Of a DNA stretch of 64,000 bases, positions 22,954 to 31,445 are shown piece after piece. A program made the position numbers and the translations under genes. Under the pieces are notes generated by a model that saw only the letters and a program-made list of their open reading frames with translations, was not told where the DNA came from and ran no database searches. Position 1 is the stretch's first letter. Every line of letters starts with the position of its first letter. The DNA lies in contig JAYQLI010000035.1 of the NCBI GenBank assembly GCA_038143065.1, positions 160,001 to 224,000 on the forward strand, read 5' to 3'. This stretch comes from Rhodospirillales bacterium. GTDB lineage: Bacteria; Pseudomonadota; Alphaproteobacteria; Bin95.

Positions 22954-25654
22954 ATGGGCGCAACTGCTCTCATATCAGAAAAACTTGGTGACCTGTCTGG
23001 CATGGATGACCTGGGCGGCGAAGCCCGAAAGGAAGTTCTAGCTTTAGCGAAAAAACTTAGCCATTGCAGCTAAGGAGCTAGAACAAATATTTGTTGCAGG
23101 AGAACCAGCACTAAAAGTAATGGGTGAGCGTTCGGCTGCAATGGACGCTGTAATCACCGCCTTACTTGACCATGCTAACAGACGTGTTTTTCCTGCCGCT
23201 AATCCAACTACGGGGGAGCGTTTTGCTGTGATTGCTGTGGGCGGTTACGGCCGTGGTTTGCTAGCCCCCTTCTCCGATATCGATCTTCTGTTCCTTACCC
23301 CTTACAAGAGAGCATCCCGGGTTGAGCAAATGGTAGAGCATATGCTCTACCTGTTATGGGACCTTGGTCTAAAAGTTGGTCATGCAACTCGCAGTGTGGA
23401 CGAGTGCGTTCGTTTGGCTAAGTCAGATATGACAATTCGAACTTCTCTTCTTGAAGCACGCGCGTTATGGGGTGAAGTTTCTCTTGTCGATGATTTTAAG
23501 ACGGCATTTTGGAATGATGTTGCTGCAGATGATGCACATTTTATGGCAGCTAAACTTGAGGAGCGGGAAGAACGCCATATCAGTTTTGGAGATTCACGCT
23601 ACCTACTCGAACCCAATGTTAAAGAAGGCAAGGGAGGTCTCCGAGATCTGCATGCACTCTATTGGATTGCTAAGCATCATTATCAGGTAGAGACGATTGA
23701 TGATCTTGTAAGGCTTGAAGTTTTCACTCCTGGTGAACGCAGAAGATTTAGAAAAGCTGGAGAATTTTTATCGTCAGTTCGTTGTCATCTTCATCACTGG
23801 GCAGGCCGTGCTGAAGAGCGATTGACGTTTGATGCGCAAGTCGAAATAGCAAAACGTATGGGCTATGCAGATAGTCCAAACATGCGTGGCGTTGAGCGTT
23901 TTATGAAATATTATTACCTGCCCGCTAAAACTGTCGGGGACCTAACCAGAATCATATGTTCCGGATTAGAGGCAACCAACCATAGACCAGCCCGTTTTTC
24001 TATTTCCCACCTTTGGCGTCAAAACAGAGATATTGAAGGGTTTGAATTGGTTGGCGGTCGTTTGGCAGCGAAGACGGAGGCATCCTTCCGTGAAAACCCA
24101 ATTCAGATACTTCAGATATTTGAGGCTGGTGAGCGGCTTGGTCTAGATATTCATCCATCCGCTTTACGTTTAGTCCGACGTGATTTGAAAAAGGTAGACC
24201 TAGTACGAGACGACCCTGAAGCAAATCGCCTTTTTATGGCGATGCTTACATCAGAAAAATCGCCGTCACGTGTTTTAGCTCGTCTAAACGAGGCGGCCGT
24301 ACTTGGTCGGTTTGTGCCTGATTTCGGACGTGTCGTAGCGCAAATGCAATACGATATGTATCACACTTACACAGTTGATGAGCACACGATACGTGCGATC
24401 GGCATTTTAAGAGACCTTGAGGTCGGTTTACTTAAAGATCAGGCGCCGGTTGCTAGTTCTGTTATAGGCCAAACAGAGTCACGCCGAGCTCTTTATGTTG
24501 CTCTTTTCTGTCATGACATTGCAAAGGGGCGAGGGGGCGATCACTCAATTTTGGGGGCACAGGTTGTAGATTATCTTGGTCCTCGTCTTGGCCTTAACGA
24601 GAGTGAGACTGAAACAGCCTCTTGGCTTGTACGTAATCATCTTGTCATGAGCCATATAGCCTTCAAACGAGATCCGAGTGACCCACAAACAGTCAAAGAT
24701 TTTGTAGATGTGGTTCAATCTTTAGTACGGCTCCGCCTTCTTCTAATTTTGACAGTCTGTGAAATTCGCGCCGTATGGCCCAATACATGGACTGAATGGA
24801 AGGCCTCACTGCTTAGAGAGCTTTTCTTCAGGGCTCAGGAAGCAATTGCAGGAGGAGATGAGGCGTTTAGTGTTGCTAGCCGAATTGAAATTGCAAAAGA
24901 AGAGACCGCCCTAGGCTTTAAAGATTGGGACCCTGACATTACTGCTGAAATAATGCATTTACTGCCTGCTGCCTTTTGGCTTTCTGCCTCGCCGGACGAA
25001 TTGGGCAGGCGAATTAGAGTTTATGAAGAAGCTCGAAAGTTAGACCCACCCTTAATGATAGAAGTTAGGCCGTTTCCTGAGGGAGATGCTACTGAGGTAA
25101 TCGTTGCAACTCCCGATCATCCCGGCTTATTTGCTAGAATTGCAGGTGGTTTAGCATTGGCCGGAGTTGATATCGTTCAATCACATGCGGCGACGTTGGC
25201 CGATGGCTTTGTCTTGGATGTTTTTGTCGTTGAGAGCGATCCAGAAGGAGATGGGGTTAGCCGTAGAGATAAGCGCATTCGTGAATGCGTGAAAGCTGCT
25301 TTGTCTGGAGAGGTTAATTTGTCAAAGGAGCTTTCAAAGGCGCCGCCTTGGAAGCGCCGATCAGAAGTATTTTTAGTCCCTCCACAGGTGGTAATTGATA
25401 ATAAGGCAAGCCGCACGCACACAGTGATTGAAGTAGTTGGGCGCAATCGGACAGGATTTTTAAATAAAATAGCTTGGACGTTGACCCAGCAGGGACTTCA
25501 AATTGGTCAATCACGCATCAATACATATGGTGAGCGTGCGGTCGATGTTTTCTATGTGAAAGATGTGTTTGGGCTCAAAATGGAGCAGGAGGGCAAAATT
25601 AATGCCGTTCGGAAAGCTTTGCTTCAAGCTTTAGATGAATTGGCCGAAAATTAA
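22954..25654 (+). CDS. glnD: [Protein-PII] uridylyltransferase/uridylyl-removing enzyme (probable indel near 23050)
   Basis: AVGGYGRG..APFSDIDL, EPNVKEGKGGLRDL, YHTYTVDEHT, HDIAKG and two ACT domains. An upstream frame from ATG 22954 is probably the true N-terminus. Confidence 0.95.
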
Positions 25655-25720
25655 GCCATAAGAAATTAAGAAAACCTCAATTAACAATTTTTACTTTTAT
25701 GTATTTTCATAGGAATAGAA

Positions 25721-26605
25721 ATGGGTGACATCACTTTAAAAACCATGTTTGGGGATTTCCCTGTCAGTGAAGCTTTTAAACGTGGGGACTTTGCCTCTCC
25801 GGGTTTAACTCTGGACATGACTGATGTTCCAGAAGCCCATAAGTTATTCAAACCTGTTGTTCGTGAAATGGCTTTTGACGTTGCTGAACTTTCGGTGATG
25901 ACATTTTTAATTGCAAAATCTAGGGGTGTACCTCTAACCCTTCTACCAGCGGTTTTACTGGCACGTTTTCAACATCCCTACATAGTTTATAACGCTAAAA
26001 GAGGCGTGCTTCAGCCAAAAGACCTTGAGGGTCTTCGAGTGGGAATTAGATCAATCACTGTCACAACAGTGACATGGATTAGAGGCATGTTAATTAATGA
26101 TTTTGGAGTAGACTTGTCGAAAATTAATTGGGTAACCTTTGAAGATGCCCATGTTGCCGGGGTTGAAGACCCACGAGGCGTACATCGTGCCGGCCCAGAA
26201 AAATCAATTGATCAAATGTTAATAGAGGGTGAGTTGGATGCTGCCATTCTTGGTGCGCCAGTGAACCACCCAGATGTCAAAACCCTTTTTTCAGATCCAA
26301 GCCTTGCTGCTGCAGAGTGGCATAATAAGCATAATGCCATTCAGCTAAATCATATGGTTGTTGCAAAAAATGAAGTGCTTACGAAACATCCTGATGCAAT
26401 CAGTGATGTTTATCGTCAGTTAAAAGCCAGTAAAGCTGCCGCTGGGTTACCAAAAAATGGTGAAATAGATCTTAATCCGTTTGGTTTTGAAGTTAACCGA
26501 CATAATTTAGATTTAGCGATTGATTGTGTTTACGCACAGGGCTTGATAGATCGCCGATATAGTGTGGACGAACTTTTCGACGAAGTTACTAGGTCTTTAT
26601 ATTAG
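25721..26605 (+). CDS. 4,5-dihydroxyphthalate decarboxylase-like protein (periplasmic-binding-protein type 2 fold, no signal peptide)
   Basis: FDVAELS, LLPAVLLARFQH, PKDLEGLRVGIR..TVTT..WIRGML..DFGVD and PFGFEVNR...AQGLI.RRYSVDELF. Confidence 0.72.
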   Translation: MGDITLKTMFGDFPVSEAFKRGDFASPGLTLDMTDVPEAHKLFKPVVREMAFDVAELSVMTFLIAKSRGVPLTLLPAVLLARFQHPYIVYNAKRGVLQPKDLEGLRVGIRSITVTTVTWIRGMLINDFGVDLSKINWVTFEDAHVAGVEDPRGVHRAGPEKSIDQMLIEGELDAAILGAPVNHPDVKTLFSDPSLAAAEWHNKHNAIQLNHMVVAKNEVLTKHPDAISDVYRQLKASKAAAGLPKNGEIDLNPFGFEVNRHNLDLAIDCVYAQGLIDRRYSVDELFDEVTRSLY

Positions 26606-26779
26606 TCTTGGTCTACCTGATAACTTTTACTGTCCTTCTTGGAATAACCCCGCAATTTTTTCTTGTCCGAGCCGTTCCAGTCAAAAGAAATCCTCAGGGC
26701 TTTCATTATTGGTGCTGGACTTATGTTTATCGATGGCGGCGGGTAAACTGGATGCTAGGCCAACGAAAGGAGTAGCGAA

Positions 26780-27334
26780 ATGGCGCGTATCGACATTCTG
26801 AAGGGCGATGCCGTGCCAGATAGCGCGCGCAAGACCTATGAGGAAGCAACGGGCTATGGACCCTTTGCGAGCCTGGCCGGCGCCATGGCGCAACGGCCAC
26901 CAATTATCAACCACGTCTTTGGCCTACTTGGTGACCTCCGTGACGAAGGCGTGCTCGACCGGCGCTCCCTAGAGCTGGCCCTGGTTGCGGTCTCACGCCT
27001 GAATGCCTGCGATTACTGTGTCGCCCACCATAGCCCCATGCTAAATGTCGCCGGCGTATCTGCGGACGCTATCGAGAACATCTTGGACTACGAGACCGTT
27101 GATGAGTTCGACGAGAAGGACCGGTTGGTGATCGAGTTTGCCAAGGCGGTCACGATTGACGCCAACCGTGTGCGGGATGGCATCTTCGACCGCTTGCGCG
27201 CCCATTTTAGCGAGCCAGAGATTGTAGAGCTTACCTGGCGGATAGCCCTCTGCGGGGCTTTCAACCGCTTCAACGACGTCCTCCAGCTTGACATCGAGGA
27301 AGACGCCCAGGCGGCTATGGATAACGTAGCATGA
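26780..27334 (+). CDS. Carboxymuconolactone decarboxylase/AhpD family protein
   Basis: ELALVAVSRLNACDYCVAHH (CxxC) and an AAGGAG RBS. Visibly more GC-rich than its neighbours. Confidence 0.9.
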   Translation: MARIDILKGDAVPDSARKTYEEATGYGPFASLAGAMAQRPPIINHVFGLLGDLRDEGVLDRRSLELALVAVSRLNACDYCVAHHSPMLNVAGVSADAIENILDYETVDEFDEKDRLVIEFAKAVTIDANRVRDGIFDRLRAHFSEPEIVELTWRIALCGAFNRFNDVLQLDIEEDAQAAMDNVA

Positions 27335-27395
27335 GGCCTCCCCATCCCGGGCTTAACCTTGGGCCTTAAGGGCGCTCCGGCCCTTGCGCTATTTT

Positions 27396-27920
27396 TCAAA
27401 GAGCCTTCTCAACAATAGGGATCAGTTTATCTGCTCTGTCTGGCTTTTGTATGCGTCTCTTCTTCTCCAAAAAAGTCCTCCGACCAGTATCACTTGAACA
27501 CCCTTCAAGCCCAAGATCCGCATAGACAGCTCGGAACCACTCAACGATCGATCTTGTAAGTAGGCCATGCTTCTGTCTCTTGGTCAGAATTACTGGAACG
27601 TTCGGGCTACGGTCTTCTGAGATCATGTAAAGGTCGGCGAGAGCCAATCTAAGATCCAGATCCAACGGGATACGTCTGCTGGCATGAAAGCTCTTTCTGG
27701 CGACATCATCTGTAATCAGGATGTGATCTGAAATACCACCTTGAATCAATATGCAGTTTTGCCAACGAAGACTGGCTATCTCCGAAGCACTTAATCCAGC
27801 TTTGAATGAGAGAAGAATAATTACTTGGCTTCGAACAGGCTGACGGGTTTGCTCTGTGTATTGGAGCAACTTGGTAAATTCAGCTTCGGTAAGGGTGCGT
27901 GGATTTTTATCTGCAGACAT
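27396..27920 (-). CDS. Tyrosine recombinase catalytic-domain homolog lacking catalytic residues
   Basis: LLSFKAGLSASEIASLRW (box I, R->S), RRIPL and GLEGCSSDTGRRTF (box II, H->D). No LGH...Y segment. AGGAGGT RBS. Confidence 0.75.
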   Translation of the reverse strand: MSADKNPRTLTEAEFTKLLQYTEQTRQPVRSQVIILLSFKAGLSASEIASLRWQNCILIQGGISDHILITDDVARKSFHASRRIPLDLDLRLALADLYMISEDRSPNVPVILTKRQKHGLLTRSIVEWFRAVYADLGLEGCSSDTGRRTFLEKKRRIQKPDRADKLIPIVEKAL

Positions 27921-28047
27921 TTTTGCTTCACCTCCTGATTGCGATGAAGACAGGGTCTCAGCAGTTCGCGACTTGTTTTTAGCAACACTGAGGCGTTATT
28001 TTGATCAGCAGTCATACTTTTGCCTAACTTGCGAAAGGTCTGTCGCC

Positions 28048-28827
28048 ATGAAGCGCTTTGCCAGAAACGTTGCTATTTTTCTGTTGACGGTATTCTGGCC
28101 AATCCAGGGTTACTGTGAACAGGAGTTAACTCTCGACGTCAGTCATTATCTCTACGAAGAGGAAGTAAACGGTGCCTTCTTTATGAAGGATGAGGCTGCA
28201 CCTGCATTTATCTCTATAGGACTTCGAGACTGGGAAGGGCAGCAGGGGCCCAACAGCGAATACGACTTCCTTTATACTGCCGAGGTAACCTATGGGGTAG
28301 TAGATTACTCAAGTGCGGGCACTGGCACGATGGAGAAGGACTACTACAAGGGGCGACTAGAGGGGCTCTTCACCTATAATTTAGGCCAAGTTAAGCCGTT
28401 TATCGGTCTCGGATATCGGGCTCTTTATGACGATAGTGGTGGAAAAACGACCTCTACTGGCCACGTGGGATACGATCGGCTTTCTCAGTATGTCTACATT
28501 CCTATCGGAGGCATATTTCAGTTGGGCTCTGGCTTTTCATTTAAAGGTCAGTTCAATTACTTAGCATACGGGCAGCAAACATCTTACTTCTCTACCTTCT
28601 CACCCCTGTGTTCTGACTTAGAGAATGAGCAAACTGGTGGATTTGGGTTCGACGCGGCTGCTAATTTTAAGATTACGGATAGAACATCCATTTATGCTTT
28701 TTACAGGTATTGGGACATAGACGATTCCAACCCAAATACATTTGTCTGTGGCAATTTCGTTGGCGTTGGACTTGAGCCACAGAACGTAACTAACGAGGCT
28801 GGTATCGGAGTAGCTTTCAAATTCTAA
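28048..28827 (+). CDS. Outer-membrane beta-barrel protein
   Basis: Signal peptide MKRFARNVAIFLLTVFWPIQGYC, alternating aromatic beta-strands and a C-terminal IGVAFKF BAM signal. Start at ATG 28048 rather than 27856. Confidence 0.8.
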   Translation: MKRFARNVAIFLLTVFWPIQGYCEQELTLDVSHYLYEEEVNGAFFMKDEAAPAFISIGLRDWEGQQGPNSEYDFLYTAEVTYGVVDYSSAGTGTMEKDYYKGRLEGLFTYNLGQVKPFIGLGYRALYDDSGGKTTSTGHVGYDRLSQYVYIPIGGIFQLGSGFSFKGQFNYLAYGQQTSYFSTFSPLCSDLENEQTGGFGFDAAANFKITDRTSIYAFYRYWDIDDSNPNTFVCGNFVGVGLEPQNVTNEAGIGVAFKF

Positions 28828-29054
28828 GCCTCGAATTTGCCCAAGTAATGCCCTCTTTGACCCCTATGATTTACCGGTTGTCAGAAGAATTAGTTTTAAC
28901 CAGGCGGTATTCGAATCTTGCCCACTTGGCTCTCGGCTTTCGATCTTCCAAATGATACCCAGCCAATCGGGTGCCCGCTAAAGATCGCAGCCGTTTTGTC
29001 AGAGCATTTTTCCCTCGGCTATTTGGATCGAGCACTACTGTGACAGTCAAAGGC

Positions 29055-29498
29055 TTACATATTCTGACTAATTTTTAAATTTTCTATAAACTCATTCATT
29101 AGCTCTGAAGGACCATTTGCCAGCTCAGCTAAAAAATTAATTCTTTCACTTGCAATATCTGATTGGTTCATGGACCAATTGGCCATTTCGACCAATATGG
29201 GCAATAAACTCAAACCCCGCTCAGTCAGGCTATATATTTTTCTCTGTGAGTGACTCTTGTCATCCCTAGCGATGATAATTCCGATATCATGAAGTCGCCT
29301 GAGGCGGTTGGCGAGAGTTGGTCGAGCAATTTTTTCATTATTATGCTTCAAGATGCAACCAAACGTCCTTCTGTCAAAGAAGGCTATGTCTCTGATTATG
29401 ACGACCGACCATTGATCGGAGAGTACCTCCGCAGCCACAGCTATTGGACAAGTAACATCTCCTCTGAGGAAAGTGCTTTTTCTTATATAGCCATCCAT
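29055..29498 (-). CDS. HxlR-family winged-helix transcriptional regulator
   Basis: CPIAVAAEVLSDQWSVVIIRD, TLANRLRRL and YSLTERGLSLLPIL...W. Confidence 0.88.
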   Translation of the reverse strand: MDGYIRKSTFLRGDVTCPIAVAAEVLSDQWSVVIIRDIAFFDRRTFGCILKHNNEKIARPTLANRLRRLHDIGIIIARDDKSHSQRKIYSLTERGLSLLPILVEMANWSMNQSDIASERINFLAELANGPSELMNEFIENLKISQNM

Positions 29499-29648
29499 TG
29501 CTGCTCCTTCGCGCAGTGTGCCTTGCAAATTCAAAACTATATAAAATTTTTAACCGGTTTTGAATTAAAAACTGAAATTCACTGTCCTGTAACGCAAGCT
29601 CCTTAATCTTTCTCATCAACAAAAGAAATCTTTGAGGGATATCTGATC

Positions 29649-29924
29649 ATGCTCTTTAAATTAGCTTGGACGCACTCACCAGAAGCAAGAGATAAAACTA
29701 TAAAGCAGTTTATGGAAACTGGAGGAATGCCTCCGGAAAACGTAAAATTATTATCGCGCTATCATAATCTTGATGGGACTGGTGGTTTTGCAATTTTAGA
29801 GAGCACAGACTCCGCCGCTCTTGCAGACTATGCGCTGGATTGGAACGGCCTCATAGAAATCGTTATTACGCCTATCATGGATGATGAAACGATAGGGGGT
29901 GTTCTCGGTAAAAAATTTGGCTGA
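29649..29924 (+). CDS. DUF3303-like small protein
   Basis: MPPENVKLLSRYH...GGFAILES...W...IEIVITPIMDDE. Confidence 0.75.
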   Translation: MLFKLAWTHSPEARDKTIKQFMETGGMPPENVKLLSRYHNLDGTGGFAILESTDSAALADYALDWNGLIEIVITPIMDDETIGGVLGKKFG

Positions 29925-29941
29925 GGATGGGATAACTTTTT

Positions 29942-30234
29942 ATGGCGAAATACACGAATGTGGTCAGATTTAGAGTGAAGCAAGGCAAGCAAGCAGAATT
30001 TGAATCCTGTTCAGTAAAGTTGATGAATGGGATGGCCAGATACTTCATATTTTGGCGCGCTGTGGTGAAGAGAGCTATGTGGGCTATGGCCTCTGGAAAA
30101 GCGAAGAGTTTATGAGAAAAGCGATGCCTCAGATGATTGCTTTCCTCGATAGCGCACGTCATTTGCTTGAGGAGTTATCACCCGAGCTTGGTGTTACAGA
30201 TCCTGTGTCTGGAACCGTTGTATTCGAAAAATAG
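29942..30234 (+). CDS. Small ABM-like (ferredoxin-fold) hypothetical protein (indel near 30007)
   Basis: MAKYTNVVRFRVKQGKQAEFES from ATG 29942 (GAGGA upstream) joins the frame of ORF 30052..30234 (GYGLWKSEE...ELSPELGVTDPVSG). Confidence 0.7.
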
Positions 30235-30247
30235 AAAGAAAACAGAA

Positions 30248-30529
30248 ATGAAAAATTATATGGTAACCCATACATTGAAGTCAGATGAAGCAATGGATGC
30301 TTATTACCAGGCTCTAGAAACAATGAGTGAGGACGACATTCGTGGAGCGATGAAGAACGAGAGAGCCTCATTCCAAATGCAGTGGAATGCCGGAAAGGCA
30401 GACAAAGTTCTTTTCTGTTGGTGGAAGGCAGAGAGTCCAGAGGCAATAGTCGAGACACTGGGTGATATGGCGCAATTATTCGACAACGACATCCGTGAAA
30501 TGCCAAACGTCTTTGACTTTACAGACTGA
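30248..30529 (+). CDS. Small hypothetical protein (GYD/DUF4242-like barrel, tentative)
   Basis: MKNYMVTHT start and LFCWWKAESPEAI motif. Begins 14 nt after the upstream stop. Confidence 0.7.
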   Translation: MKNYMVTHTLKSDEAMDAYYQALETMSEDDIRGAMKNERASFQMQWNAGKADKVLFCWWKAESPEAIVETLGDMAQLFDNDIREMPNVFDFTD

Positions 30530-30556
30530 ATTTGGCCAACCGCTGATCTAGAACAA

Positions 30557-30690
30557 AAGGGGGAGCGGATGGTTTCCTCCCTACCCCGTCGGGGCTCACT
30601 ACCATTTTAGCACTAGTGGTGATGGAGAGCGGCTAGTTTCTGGTTACCTGTTACCCGTTTGATGCAATCGAGGTAGGTGGGCCGTTGAGG
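30557..30690 (+). ncRNA. Candidate structured sRNA/element with UUUCCUCCCU loop
   Basis: GC-rich hairpins in non-coding DNA. TTTCCTCCCT at 30573-30582 lies inside GAGCGGATGGT...ACCCCGTCGGGGCTC. Confidence 0.35.
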
Positions 30691-30757
30691 TTTATAGTTA
30701 TGGGTAAATTATCAAGAAACCTCTCTTTTAGACCAATGATTAGGTTTAATTTGTCTT

Positions 30758-31426
30758 CTACTCATCAACAAACCTGACCCAGTCCTCAAGAGGAGCTCTT
30801 TCGGTTACCAAAGAATTTGCTACCTCTGATTTGTCCTCGTAGCCGAGAGCCATGCCGCAAACAATAACTTGGCTTTCTGGGATGCCACAAGTAGCTCGTA
30901 TGATTTTATGGTAGTCACCCCATGCTGCTTGGGGGCATGTGTCTAGACCTTCTATTCTGGCAGCAGTCATCACATTTTGCAGCATCATGCCGTAGTCAAG
31001 CCAACTGCCAATTTCCAACTCACGCTCTATTGTAAAAATAATGCCAACTGGAGCCCCAAAAAACGTAAAATTTTTATCATGTTGTATTTTCATTTTTTCC
31101 ATATCGCCTTTGGCGATGCCGACTAGGCCATAAAGGTCCCATCCAACCTTGCGACGTCGAGCAAGATAGGGTTCCGGAAATTTGTCAGGATAAAATTTAG
31201 TTTCCGATATATGTTCTTCATTAGCATTCCTAGCAGCCAACACTGAGTCTGTGAGACGTTTTAGTGCAGAGCCAGTTAATACTGTTGCTAGCCACGGCTG
31301 AGTATTGGTGCCTGATGGTGCCCTAGCTGATACATCTAGGATACGTTTTATGCAGTCCATCGATATAGATTGCTGAGTGAAGCCACGTACGGAACGGCGT
31401 GAGGTAATTGCATCAAAGGCACTCAT
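30758..31426 (-). CDS. Nitroreductase family protein
   Basis: AITSRRSVRGF, ARAPSGTNTQPW, FFGAPV, GLDTCPQ and CGMALGY. Confidence 0.93.
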   Translation of the reverse strand: MSAFDAITSRRSVRGFTQQSISMDCIKRILDVSARAPSGTNTQPWLATVLTGSALKRLTDSVLAARNANEEHISETKFYPDKFPEPYLARRRKVGWDLYGLVGIAKGDMEKMKIQHDKNFTFFGAPVGIIFTIERELEIGSWLDYGMMLQNVMTAARIEGLDTCPQAAWGDYHKIIRATCGIPESQVIVCGMALGYEDKSEVANSLVTERAPLEDWVRFVDE

Positions 31427-31445
31427 TTTTCTTAAAACTCCAAAC

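Noticed and set aside
24740-24800. Unusual GlnD residues (TVCEIRAVWP versus the usual TVADIRAVGP)
   Set aside because: Each of the D->E and G->W changes needs only one base in an error-prone sequence, and the NT and HD core motifs are intact.
27856-28047. 64-aa N-terminal extension of the beta-barrel ORF
   Set aside because: It overlaps the divergent recombinase-like gene, and the signal peptide begins at ATG 28048.
28831-28924. Short imperfect direct repeat TCGAAT(C)TTGCCCA
   Set aside because: Only two copies of 13-14 nt. Too short for CRISPR and not at the islet boundaries.
27396-30529. Integron (integrase plus cassette array)
   Set aside because: The ORF lacks the IntI insertion and catalytic residues. 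The small ORFs are only 13-17 nt apart with no room for attC sites.
30557-30700. tRNA, tmRNA, SRP RNA or HDV-like ribozyme
   Set aside because: There is no cloverleaf or TTCGA arm and no SRP GGAA-loop motif, and I could not build the nested P1/P2 pseudoknot.
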